NCBI GenBank assembly: GCA_016199925.1
Contig: JACQFT010000115.1
Span: 14,250 to 78,249, forward strand
DNA: 64,000 nt
Direction of reading: 5' to 3'
Origin: Opitutia bacterium
GTDB taxonomy: Bacteria > Verrucomicrobiota > Verrucomicrobiia > Opitutales > Opitutaceae
Shown here in pieces: positions 7,801 to 16,488 of this stretch (the stretch's first letter is position 1; the number at the start of each line of letters is the position of its first letter). Both the position numbers and the translations under genes were made by a program. The notes below the pieces were generated by a model. That model did not search any database, was not told the DNA's origin, and worked only from the letters and a program-made list of their open reading frames with translations.

Positions 7801-10800
7801 ATGAGAAAACATCGATTCCAATACCGCTACCGAAGCGTCCTCCGGTCATGTTTGCTCCGATTGCTCCTGCCGGGATTGTTCCTCGGCGCCGGCGGGAACG
7901 CGGTGCGCTTGACGGCGGAGACCGTCGCGCCCACTCAATTGCTCTTGTCGCTTCCCAATCCGGGCGACCACGGGTTGCGGATATTGACGCCCCGCGTCCT
8001 TGAGTTGGAGCTCGATCAGGTGAAAGCGCCGGACTCGGTCACGTTGGCCGGCTGGAACTTTGCCGGCTCCGGCACGCAGGTCGTGTCGCTCAGTGTTCCG
8101 CAGCTTGCCGTTTTGGCGGACGGGAATCCCGTCCTGGTCGAGGCCCTCGGATTCAAACGACGGGCGGCTTACGCGCCGCTCGTGCGGCGCGACCTGCGCG
8201 TCGCCAGTTTCCTCTACCTGCGGTTGGCCGGCCCCATCGGGCCGGGCCAGCGCGTCGAAGTCCGGAATCCGGACGGGCAACTTTGGTCGCCGGCAATTTC
8301 GTTTGTGACGCAGGCCGACGAGCTGCGCGTCAACCCCGCGATCCACGTCAACCAGGAGGGTTACCTGCCGTCGTTCCCGAAGAAAGCGATGGTCGGCTAT
8401 TATCTCGGCAGCCTCGGCGAAATGGAGGTGCCGGCCGGCAGCGGATTTTCCTTGGTCGACGCCGCCAGCGGCGCGGCGGTCTTCACGGGCGCGCTGCGGC
8501 AGCGTGCCGATATCGGTTACACCTACAGCCCGGCTCCGTATCAACTCGTCTACGAGGCGGACTTCAGCAGCTTCACGACGCCGGGCGTCTACCGCGTGGC
8601 CGTGCCGGGGATGGGCGCCTCGCTGCCGTTCCGCATCGACGAAGGCATGGCGATGAACTTCGCGCGCGTCTACGCGCTCGGCCTTTATCACCAGCGCTGC
8701 GGCACCGACAACGCGCTGCCGTTCACGCGCTTCACTCACGGCGCCTGCCACGTGGCGCCGGTCGCGGTGCCGACGCCGCAATCCGATTTTCCGGCCACGT
8801 GGAACTTCATCAGCCAAGTCAGCAGCGATTTCGCGGCGAACCCGCGGCACACCGCACCGCAGTTGCATAGCGAAGCGACGCAGCTCTACCCGTTCGTGCG
8901 GACCGGGACGATTGATGCCGCCGGCGGGCACCACGATGCCGGCGACTACAGCAAATACACGACGAACAGTGCTTCGCTGGTGCACACGCTCGTCTTTGCC
9001 GTGGATTCGCTGCCGGGCGTGGCGGCGCTCGACAATCTCGGTTTGCCCGAAAGCGGCGACGGCATTCCCGACCTGCTGCAGGAAGCGAAATGGGAAGCGG
9101 ATTTCCTCGCGAAACTGCAGGACAGCGACGGCGGTTTCTACTTCCTCGTCTATCCGCGCAACCGCGCCTACGAGAGCAATGTCTTGCCCGACCAGGGCGA
9201 CCCGCAGGTCGTCTGGCCGAAAAATACCGCTGCGACCGCGGCCGCGACCGCGGCGCTGGCGCAGGCGGCCTCGTCCCCGCGATTCCGGCAATTCTACCCG
9301 GACGCGGCGGCGCTCTATCTCCAGAAAGCCAAACTCGGCTGGCAATTTCTCACCAGCGCCATCGCGCGGTTCGGCAAAGACGGGGCCTATCAGAAGCTGA
9401 CGCACTACGGTGACAATTTCATGCACGATGACGAACTCGCCTGGGCCGCGACCGAGCTCTTCCTCGCGACCGGTGACGAGGCGTATCACCAGCAGCTCAA
9501 GCAGTGGTTCGATCCGGCGGATCCGGCGACTCGCCGTTGGGGCTGGTGGCGGATGAGCGAATGCTACGGCAACGCGATTCGCAGCTATGCCTTCGCGGCG
9601 CGCAGCGGCCGCTTGCCGGTCAGCCGCCTCGACTCCGTTTTCCTGCAAAAATGTGAACAGCAAATCGAGGGTGCCGGGCGCGACGCGCTGAAATGGTCCG
9701 ACCAAGGCGCCTACGGCAGCAGTTTTCCGGAGGAGACCAAACACGTGCGCGGTGGCGGCTGGTATTTTTCTCTCGGCCAAGCCTTCGACCTCATCGTCGC
9801 CGACCAACTCGATTATCCACCCGCCAGCGACCCGCGGCCCCGGTTCATGGAAGCATACCTGGCCAATCTGAACTACGAGGCCGGCTGCAACCCGGTAAAC
9901 ATCTCCTACATCACGGGAGTAGGCCGCAAACGCCAGCGCGAGATCGTGCACCAATACGCGCAGAACGACCGCCGGGTGATGCCGCCGAGCGGTTTCCCGC
10001 TCGGCAATATCCAGACCGGGCTCCCTTATCTCGACCTCTACAAGGGTGAACTCGGGGCGCTCTCGTTCCCGGATGATGGAGCCGCGGTGGCGCCGTATCC
10101 TTATTATGACCGGTGGTCCGACACCTACAACGTCTCGACCGAATTCGTCGTGGTCGACCAAGCTCGCGCGGTGGCGGGTCTCGCCTTCGTGGCTGCGCAG
10201 ACTTCGCTGCGCGATCAGCCGTGGCGCCCGGCTGCCGCGCAGATCACGGGATTGCCAACGACGACTCCGGTCGGTTCGGCGGTCACGGCGCGACTCCAGC
10301 CGCCGCCGGGCCTCGACTTGTCGGCCGCCACCGTAACTTGGGAAGCGCACGGACAGGATCCGTTGTCGGGCCCGTCGTTCACCTTCACGCCGCGCGCCAA
10401 CGGCCAGCAGTGGGTCGAAGCCGAGGCGTATTGGCCGGACGGCCGGCGTGTGTTTGCGGTGCAGAATTTCAAAGCGACCAACGGTCTGCCCGACGTCACG
10501 GTCACCGCGCCGGTGGCGCTCGCGACTGTGGCCGATTCGGGTCAGGGCAATTTTGTTTTCCGACGCACCGGCGATTTGTCGGGCCCGCTGACGGTGAGCT
10601 ACAACCTGCAGGGCACCGCGACCAAGTGGAACGACTACCGCCGTCCCGAAGGAGATATGCCCGATACCATCACGTTCCAAAGCGGCGCCGACTCCGTCAC
10701 ACTGACGATCGTGCCGGTGGCCTCGAGCCTCGCCGGGCAAACCAAAATTGTGACCTTGTCGCTAAAGACTGCGTCCGACTACAACCCCGAATCGCCGAGC

Positions 10801-11187
10801 TCGGCCAGCATAGTTCTTCAAGGTGCGGGCGGTCCTCAGCAACCCGCCCCGCCCCCGCCGTCGTCCAATCCGCCGCCGGACTCGAGTCCGCCTCCGGCCG
10901 ACAATCCGCCACCGTCAACCACCCCGCCGCCACCGTCAACCACCCCGCCGCCGCCGTCCACTACGCCGCCGCCGCCGCCGTCCACTACGCCGCCGCCGGC
11001 GGACACACCGCCGCCGTCAAGCAATCCGCCGCCGACCAATGTCCCGCCGCCGGTCGTCCCGCCGGCGCCAGCCAAGAACCCAAGCGGCAGCGGCGGTGCA
11101 CCGAGCGGATGGCTGACCGTGGCCCTGTTGGCGCTGACGTTCCTGCGTCTGCGGTTTGGCACGGCCACCCGCGACCGCTCGAAGTAA
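7801..11187 (+). CDS. Secreted glycoside hydrolase family 9-like enzyme with N-terminal Ig-like domain, Calx-beta domain, Pro-rich stalk and C-terminal hydrophobic anchor
   Basis: Signal peptide after ATG 7801 (MRKHRFQ...LLLPGLFLGAGG). GH9 hallmark AAGGHHDAGDYSKY and downstream (alpha/alpha)6-type blocks (DELAWAATELFLATGDEAY, ISYITGVG). Calx-beta block (FVFRRTGDLSGPLTVSYNLQGTATKWNDY...ITFQSGADSVTLTI). Tail ends GAPSGWLTVALLALTFLRLRF. The ORF-track start at 7660 adds an implausible leader. Confidence 0.88.
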   Translation: MRKHRFQYRYRSVLRSCLLRLLLPGLFLGAGGNAVRLTAETVAPTQLLLSLPNPGDHGLRILTPRVLELELDQVKAPDSVTLAGWNFAGSGTQVVSLSVPQLAVLADGNPVLVEALGFKRRAAYAPLVRRDLRVASFLYLRLAGPIGPGQRVEVRNPDGQLWSPAISFVTQADELRVNPAIHVNQEGYLPSFPKKAMVGYYLGSLGEMEVPAGSGFSLVDAASGAAVFTGALRQRADIGYTYSPAPYQLVYEADFSSFTTPGVYRVAVPGMGASLPFRIDEGMAMNFARVYALGLYHQRCGTDNALPFTRFTHGACHVAPVAVPTPQSDFPATWNFISQVSSDFAANPRHTAPQLHSEATQLYPFVRTGTIDAAGGHHDAGDYSKYTTNSASLVHTLVFAVDSLPGVAALDNLGLPESGDGIPDLLQEAKWEADFLAKLQDSDGGFYFLVYPRNRAYESNVLPDQGDPQVVWPKNTAATAAATAALAQAASSPRFRQFYPDAAALYLQKAKLGWQFLTSAIARFGKDGAYQKLTHYGDNFMHDDELAWAATELFLATGDEAYHQQLKQWFDPADPATRRWGWWRMSECYGNAIRSYAFAARSGRLPVSRLDSVFLQKCEQQIEGAGRDALKWSDQGAYGSSFPEETKHVRGGGWYFSLGQAFDLIVADQLDYPPASDPRPRFMEAYLANLNYEAGCNPVNISYITGVGRKRQREIVHQYAQNDRRVMPPSGFPLGNIQTGLPYLDLYKGELGALSFPDDGAAVAPYPYYDRWSDTYNVSTEFVVVDQARAVAGLAFVAAQTSLRDQPWRPAAAQITGLPTTTPVGSAVTARLQPPPGLDLSAATVTWEAHGQDPLSGPSFTFTPRANGQQWVEAEAYWPDGRRVFAVQNFKATNGLPDVTVTAPVALATVADSGQGNFVFRRTGDLSGPLTVSYNLQGTATKWNDYRRPEGDMPDTITFQSGADSVTLTIVPVASSLAGQTKIVTLSLKTASDYNPESPSSASIVLQGAGGPQQPAPPPPSSNPPPDSSPPPADNPPPSTTPPPPSTTPPPPSTTPPPPPSTTPPPADTPPPSSNPPPTNVPPPVVPPAPAKNPSGSGGAPSGWLTVALLALTFLRLRFGTATRDRSK
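10843..11078 (+). repeat. In-frame low-complexity proline-rich tandem repeats (PPPSTT/PPPSSN units) forming a stalk in the GH9 protein
   Basis: Translation PPPSTTPPPPSTTPPPPSTTPPPPPSTTPPPADTPPPSSNPPPTNVPPP. The DNA shows consecutive ~21-nt units (ccgccaccgtcaaccaccccg twice, ccgccgtccactacgccgccg twice). Confidence 0.8.
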
Positions 11188-11342
11188 ACCGGCGGGTTCT
11201 CCGCTCGTCGGCACGGTTGGTTTCGAGAGAGGCTGGACTGTTTTGCGAAAATCGCTCCGCGTTCTGGATCGAAAAAGACTCCATACGCCGGCCCGTTTGA
11301 CGCGCGGATGGCCGGGTCCGGTGGGTCCGGCGACCAGCCAAT

Positions 11343-11364
11343 GTGGGTCTTCACCCACTGGGGA
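11343..11364 (+). promoter_or_regulatory. Copy of the recurrent upstream palindromic motif (GTGGGT-CTTC-ACCCAC-TGGGGA) ahead of the polysaccharide operon
   Basis: Perfect 6-bp palindrome with a 4-nt spacer followed by TGGG, about 55 nt upstream of ATG 11419. It has the same architecture as 61219..61240, with compensatory A>G / T>C changes in the two half-sites. Confidence 0.4.
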
Positions 11365-11418
11365 GGATCGGCACTCCGTCGTAACCTGCGGGTCAGTGAC
11401 CTCCCGACTCATCCAGCA

Positions 11419-12618
11419 ATGAAACTGCTTTTCGTGCATGACCGTTTCGGCGCGCAAGCCGGCGCCGAATCCAATCTCTACCATACCGCGGCCGCCTTGC
11501 AGCGCCGGGGCCATCAGCTGGCTCTCGCGCACGGTCCGGGCACCGGCAAAGCGGAGGAGGATTGGGAAAAGGTTTTTCCGGAGCGCCTCCGGATTCTCGC
11601 GGAGAATTCGTCGTCGTCGATGGACGCCGCCCTGGATGCTTTTCTGCCGGAGGTTGTCTACCTGCATAACGCTCCCGATCTCGGCGTCGTCGAGGGCTTG
11701 GCAAAGTCCGCCGTGCCGACCGTCCGGATGGTGCACGATCACCGCTTGTTTTGCCTGCGCGGGTGCAAATATCCCGTGTGGAGCCGTCGGCCTTGCCCGC
11801 GGGCACTGTCGCCCTTCTGCCTCTTCCCCTGCGGCGGCCTGTTGCAGCGCGCCCCTGGCGGCTCGCGGAAATTCCAACTTGCCGGTTACCTCGCCAAGAA
11901 ACGCGAACTGGAGCTGCATCGCGGTTTCCGCCGGCTCCTCGTCGCGAGCGAATACATGCGGGCCGAATTGCTGCGCAACGGCATCCCCGCCGAGCGGATC
12001 GAGATTCATCCGCCGGTGCCGCCGGCCGCCGCGGCCCCGGCGCCGGACTTCGGTCCGCGCAACCTGATCGTGTTCGCCGGCCAGCTCGTGCGCGGCAAAG
12101 GCGTCGACGTGCTGCTGGAAGCGCTCGCGCTCGTGGAGGCGCCGTTTGAATGCGTGATTTTTGGCGACGGCCACCAGCGCGCAGAATGCGAAGCGCTCAG
12201 CCGGCGGCTCGGACTCGCCGGGCGGGTGGAGTTTCGCGGCTATCGGCCCCAGGCCGAATTGGCCGACTGTTACCGCGCGGCGTCGCTTGCGGTCGTCAGC
12301 TCGGTGTGGCCGGAGCCGTTCGGCGCAACGGGCCTGGAAGCCATGCGCTGCGGACTTCCCGTCGTCGCCTTCAATGTCGGCGGCATCAGCGAGTGGCTGC
12401 TGGATTTTGAGAACGGCCTGCTCGTGCCGTGGATGGATCGCGCGCTGTTTGCGCAGAGCATCGATCTGTTGCTGGCCGACAAGGCCCTCGCGCGGCACCT
12501 GGGCGCGCGCGGCCGGCAGTTGGCGAGCGAACGCTTTGATTTCGCCCGCTATGTCGATCGCCTGGAAGCGGTCTTTCTGCGCCTTGCAGAACGACGGGTC
12601 AGCGAGGGGGTGGCATGA
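11419..12618 (+). CDS. Glycosyltransferase family 4 (GT-B, RfaG-like)
   Basis: MKLLFVHDRFGAQAGAE... N-terminal GT4 domain. C-terminal EX7E region: VVSSVWPEPFGATGLEAMRCGLPVVAFNVGGISEWL. The internal ATG at 11419 was chosen because the longer ORF-track N-terminus is Arg/Gly-rich junk. Confidence 0.88.
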   Translation: MKLLFVHDRFGAQAGAESNLYHTAAALQRRGHQLALAHGPGTGKAEEDWEKVFPERLRILAENSSSSMDAALDAFLPEVVYLHNAPDLGVVEGLAKSAVPTVRMVHDHRLFCLRGCKYPVWSRRPCPRALSPFCLFPCGGLLQRAPGGSRKFQLAGYLAKKRELELHRGFRRLLVASEYMRAELLRNGIPAERIEIHPPVPPAAAAPAPDFGPRNLIVFAGQLVRGKGVDVLLEALALVEAPFECVIFGDGHQRAECEALSRRLGLAGRVEFRGYRPQAELADCYRAASLAVVSSVWPEPFGATGLEAMRCGLPVVAFNVGGISEWLLDFENGLLVPWMDRALFAQSIDLLLADKALARHLGARGRQLASERFDFARYVDRLEAVFLRLAERRVSEGVA

Positions 12619-13319
12619 ACTCCGCGAGCAAAGCCAGATTGGCGGCGATTGTCGGCGGCAGCGGTGCCGGCAAGAGTTGGCTGGCGGAAAAGCTGCACCT
12701 GCTGCTCGGTGAGCGGGCGGGGCGCCTTTCGCTCGATAATTTCTATCGCGACCGCTCGCACCTGCCGCCGTCGCGCCGGGCCCGGATCAACTATGACGAC
12801 CCGTCGGTGATCGAGTGGCCGTTGTTCGAGCGGGCGCTGCATGAAAGTGCGGCCGGCCGGCCGGCCGAGCAGCCGCGCTACGATTTCGCTACCCACTGCC
12901 GCGCCCACGCCGTCATCACGGTGCCGCCGCGTCCGGTCATGCTCGTGGACGGCCTCTGGCTGCTCCACCGCCCGGCCACGCGGCGGCTGTTCGACCTGAG
13001 AATCTACCTCGATTGTCCGGCCAAGCTGCGGCTGAGCCGGCGCATCGCGCGCGATTCGGCGGAACGCGGGCGCAACGCCGCCGGCATTCGCCGGCAGTTT
13101 CGCACTTCGGTGGCGCCGATGCATGGCCGGCACGTCGCGCCGCAGGTGCGGTGGGCGGACTTGGTGCTGCACCAGCCGCTCAGCGACACGGATATCCGCG
13201 CCCTGCACGATGCCCTCTGGCTGCTGCTGCAGAGCGGCTCGCTGTTGCCCGCGTGGATGCGGGAGACCTTCCGCGCCGAACTCACGGCGCTGCTCAAAGC
13301 CAAGGAGCAATTCGCATGA
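12615..13319 (+). CDS. Uridine kinase / phosphoribulokinase-family P-loop kinase
   Basis: Walker A IVGGSGAGKSWLAEKL. NYDDPSVIEWPLFERAL, PRYDFATH and FDLRIYLDCPAKLRLSRRIARDSAERGR follow the Udk motif order. The ATG overlaps the upstream stop (ATGA). Confidence 0.78.
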   Translation: MNSASKARLAAIVGGSGAGKSWLAEKLHLLLGERAGRLSLDNFYRDRSHLPPSRRARINYDDPSVIEWPLFERALHESAAGRPAEQPRYDFATHCRAHAVITVPPRPVMLVDGLWLLHRPATRRLFDLRIYLDCPAKLRLSRRIARDSAERGRNAAGIRRQFRTSVAPMHGRHVAPQVRWADLVLHQPLSDTDIRALHDALWLLLQSGSLLPAWMRETFRAELTALLKAKEQFA

Positions 13320-14047
13320 ACCCGATCTACACCAACCAGCACTTTGTCGCGCGGCGCTACCTGACCGTCGCGCATCCGTGGGGCCGGCGGCTCCTGTCGT
13401 TCCAATCCGCCTGCGAACGCGGCGCCTGGCGGCTGCAACTCGCGAGCGACGAGTTTGCCAAACGCGCATTTGATTGCGCCGCGAGCGCGCTGGCGTTGCT
13501 CCTGATCAGCCCGCTGTGGGCGCTGATCGCGCTGCTGATCAAACTCGAGGACGGCGGTCCCGTCGTCTTCGCCCAGACGCGGGTCGGCAAGCACGGCCGC
13601 GAATTCAAGATGTTTAAATTCCGCTCGATGCGGGCCGACGCCGAACAGCGGCTCCAGGATTTGCTCGCCAAAAATCACCATCAGACCGGCGTCACTTTCA
13701 AGATCAAGGACGACCCGCGGATCACCCGCGTCGGCCGCTGGCTGCGCAAGTTCTCCTTCGACGAACTCCCGCAGTTCGCCAACGTGCTGGCCGGCGACAT
13801 GTCGCTGGTCGGCCCGCGTCCGCCGTTGCCGCGCGAGGTGGCGCTCTACACGCTCGCCGACCGCCGGCGGCTGCTGGTCAGACCGGGGATCACGTGCCTC
13901 TGGCAAATCTCCGGCCGGGCGCAGATCGATTTTCACGGCCAGGTTGAGCTCGATGTCCGCTACATCGAGACCCGCACGTTCTGGTCGGACCTGCGCATCT
14001 TGGCCCGCACCGTGCCCGCGGTCCTTTCCGGCACCGGCGCCTACTGA
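13316..14047 (+). CDS. Undecaprenyl-phosphate sugar phosphotransferase (bacterial sugar transferase, WbaP/EpsL-like priming enzyme)
   Basis: KRAFDCAASALALLLISPLWALIALLIKLEDGGPVVFAQTRVGKHGREFKMFKFRSM...DPRITRVGRWLRKFSFDELPQFANVLAGDMSLVGPRPP are canonical family motifs. ATGA overlap with the upstream gene. Confidence 0.92.
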   Translation: MNPIYTNQHFVARRYLTVAHPWGRRLLSFQSACERGAWRLQLASDEFAKRAFDCAASALALLLISPLWALIALLIKLEDGGPVVFAQTRVGKHGREFKMFKFRSMRADAEQRLQDLLAKNHHQTGVTFKIKDDPRITRVGRWLRKFSFDELPQFANVLAGDMSLVGPRPPLPREVALYTLADRRRLLVRPGITCLWQISGRAQIDFHGQVELDVRYIETRTFWSDLRILARTVPAVLSGTGAY

Positions 14048-14049
14048 CG

Positions 14050-14949
14050 ATGAAAGCCCTGCTCTTTTGTCCCGTCGCTTCCCCGGAGATCGCCGCCCTT
14101 TCGGCGCGGGCGACGCCGGCGGCTCTGCCGTTGCTCGGCGAAACGCTGGCCGCGTATTGGCTGGTGCACCTCGCGAGTCTCGGGGCAAAAGAAGTGACGA
14201 TCCTCGCGCCGGACCGGCCGGAAGAAATCCGGCAGGCCGTCGGCGACGGCGCGCGCTGGGGCTTGCGGGTCGAAGTGGTGGCGGTCGCCGAGACGATGAC
14301 GCTCGCCGAAGCGCGCCCGAGTTTTCAGGGCGTGGGCCACTCGGAATGGCTGCCCGCGCCCAACGATCTGATTTTGATGGACCGTCTGCCCGGGTTGCCC
14401 GGAGCGGGCCTGTTCGGCAGCTACGCCCAATGGTTCGCGGCCTCGCAGTCATGGATGTCGCGCGCCCTTACGCCGGACCGGGTCGGCGCGCACGAGATCC
14501 GGCCCGGAATCCGCGTCGGCTTGCACGGCCGGATTCCCGCCGACGCAGTGCTCAACCCTCCGTGCTGGATCGGCGACCAAGTCTTTCTCGGTGCGGGCGT
14601 GACCGTCGGACCGATGACGGCTTTGGAAAACCGGGTGGTGGTCGAGGCCGGCGCGGAAATTTCCCACAGCATCGTCGGCCCGGATACTTTTGTCGGCCGC
14701 CTGGCCGAACTCCACGACTCGATCGCGTGGGGCGACACCCTCATCAACTGGAAGAGCGGTTCGAGCCTGCGCGTGACGGCCGGCTTCTTGCTCAGCTCGC
14801 TGGGCGACGATCAACGGACCCCTCCGCCCGCGCTGCGCCGGCCGGCGTGGAACCTTTCCCGGCTGTGGTCGCCGCCGGAGCCGCCCGCCGTCTCGCCGGC
14901 GCTGGTGCCCCCGTTCGGCGCCGCTGAGCGCGACCGCTACTACAAATGA
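14050..14949 (+). CDS. Nucleotidyltransferase-like protein with C-terminal left-handed beta-helix (hexapeptide) domain; NTP-binding loop degenerate
   Basis: The N-terminal alpha/beta region resembles sugar-1-P nucleotidyltransferases (PLLGETLAAYWLVHLASLGAKEVTIL) but has no GxGTRL loop. C-terminal hexapeptide-like repeats: IGDQVFLGAGVTVGPMTALENRVVVEAGAEISHSIVGPDTFVG. Confidence 0.5.
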   Translation: MKALLFCPVASPEIAALSARATPAALPLLGETLAAYWLVHLASLGAKEVTILAPDRPEEIRQAVGDGARWGLRVEVVAVAETMTLAEARPSFQGVGHSEWLPAPNDLILMDRLPGLPGAGLFGSYAQWFAASQSWMSRALTPDRVGAHEIRPGIRVGLHGRIPADAVLNPPCWIGDQVFLGAGVTVGPMTALENRVVVEAGAEISHSIVGPDTFVGRLAELHDSIAWGDTLINWKSGSSLRVTAGFLLSSLGDDQRTPPPALRRPAWNLSRLWSPPEPPAVSPALVPPFGAAERDRYYK

Positions 14950-15275
14950 ACATCGAAATCGACCGAGACACCGTTCGCGTCACCGGACTGCCCGCTCTGG
15001 ACCGACCGACCGCCGAGGCATTTGCGGAGCAAGTCTCCGCCGCGTTGCCGCCGCGGCCCGAAACCATCGAGGTCGATCTCGCGGAAACCGGCAAGGTCGA
15101 CTGCATCGGCTTGGGCGCGTTGGTGGAAGTCTTCGACCAAGCCCAGCGCCGGAACCGCGCGGTGACGCTGCGCGTGATCGATCCCACGCCGCCCGCCCGG
15201 CAGTTGCTCGAACTGACGCGGCTGCACCGGATCTTCCCGGTCGTCCAGCGCAAGAAACCGGAGGCCGCGGGATGA
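14946..15275 (+). CDS. Stand-alone STAS-domain protein (anti-sigma-factor-antagonist fold)
   Basis: 109 aa. IEVDLAETGKVDCIGLGALVEV...VTLRVIDPTPPARQLLELTRL matches the SpoIIAA/RsbV topology. ATGA overlaps on both sides. Confidence 0.8.
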   Translation: MNIEIDRDTVRVTGLPALDRPTAEAFAEQVSAALPPRPETIEVDLAETGKVDCIGLGALVEVFDQAQRRNRAVTLRVIDPTPPARQLLELTRLHRIFPVVQRKKPEAAG

Positions 15276-16474
15276 AAAAGATTCTGCCGCTCTTCGTTTT
15301 CGTCGACGCCTGCGGGTGGGAGATCATCCGCCACGACCGGTTCGGCGCGGACTTTGCCCCGGCACGCCGGCGCCTGCGTTCGGTGTTCGGCTACAGTTCG
15401 GCGTGCATCCCGTCGATCCTCTCCGGCCGCTGGCCGGCGGAGCACCGCAACTGGTGTTACTTCGTCTATGATCCCGCCCGTTCGCCGTTCCGTTTGCTCC
15501 GCCCGTTCCGCTGGCTGCCGCGGGCCGTCACCGGCCGGCGGATCTTCCGGCGCTGGCTCTCGAAGTTTCTCCGCGGCCCTTTGAAATTCCGCGGCTACTT
15601 CGACCTCTACAACCTCGCGTTCCGGCACATCTCGCTCTTCGACTTCACCGAGAAAAAGAATCCTCTGCAGCCGGGCGGCCTGAACCGCGGGCCGAACATT
15701 TTTGATTTTCTCGCCGCGCGCCGCATCCCGTATCACGTCAGCCGGCCGGCGCGGACCGAGGAAGAAAATCTGGCCGCGCTCCGCGCCGACATCGCGGCGG
15801 AGAGCATCGATTTTGCCTTTCTCTACTGGCCCGATCTCGACGGTCTCCTGCACCGCGTCGGCAATCTTTCGCCCGAGGTGCCTGCGAAACTGCGCCAATA
15901 CGAACGCCGGCTGCGCGCGCTGCTCGACCACGCGGCGCAGCACTATGACGAGGTGCGGCTGTATGTGTTCAGCGACCACGGCATGGCGAACTGCGACCGC
16001 TATCTCGACCTGCGGGCGCGGCTCGCCGCGCTGCCCGTGCGCATGCCGGAGGATTACGCGGCCGTTTTCGATTCGACGATGGCACGGTTCTGGTTTTTCA
16101 ACACGCGCGCGCGCACCGAGGTCACGGCGTGTCTCGAGCAGGTCGGCCTCGGCCGCATCCTGCCGGATGCCGAACTCGAAGAACTCGGCGCATTTTTTCC
16201 CGACGGTTATTTCGGCGAGCTGATCTACCTCGTGCCCGAAGGCGTGCTGATCGTGCCCAGCGACATGGGCGAGCGGCCCATCCGCGCGATGCACGGCTAC
16301 CATCCCGACGATCCGCACAGCTACGCCGCATTGCTCACCAACGTGGCGGATACGCCGGCGTGCATCACGGCGATTCCGCACCTGCACACGCTGATGGTGC
16401 GCGATGCCGAGCTCGCGCACGCGGCGAACGCGACCGAGGCGGAGGTCCCGGATATTGCTCCGGCCATCCGGTGA
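15272..16474 (+). CDS. Alkaline-phosphatase-superfamily protein (type I phosphodiesterase / nucleotide pyrophosphatase-like)
   Basis: N-terminal metal/nucleophile region VFVDACGWE...GYSSACIPSILSG. Downstream FLYWPDLDGLLHRVG and VFSDHGM blocks are typical of NPP/AlkP-fold enzymes. Confidence 0.72.
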   Translation: MKKILPLFVFVDACGWEIIRHDRFGADFAPARRRLRSVFGYSSACIPSILSGRWPAEHRNWCYFVYDPARSPFRLLRPFRWLPRAVTGRRIFRRWLSKFLRGPLKFRGYFDLYNLAFRHISLFDFTEKKNPLQPGGLNRGPNIFDFLAARRIPYHVSRPARTEEENLAALRADIAAESIDFAFLYWPDLDGLLHRVGNLSPEVPAKLRQYERRLRALLDHAAQHYDEVRLYVFSDHGMANCDRYLDLRARLAALPVRMPEDYAAVFDSTMARFWFFNTRARTEVTACLEQVGLGRILPDAELEELGAFFPDGYFGELIYLVPEGVLIVPSDMGERPIRAMHGYHPDDPHSYAALLTNVADTPACITAIPHLHTLMVRDAELAHAANATEAEVPDIAPAIR

Positions 16475-16488
16475 TTGGCGGTGGCCGA

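Noticed and set aside
11156-11422. 88-aa ORF in the GH9 / GT4 intergenic region (a candidate small or precursor peptide).
   Set aside because: It starts inside the GH9 coding tail, has Arg/Pro/Gly-rich composition and has no RBS or signal. It is more likely non-coding DNA that contains the upstream motif.
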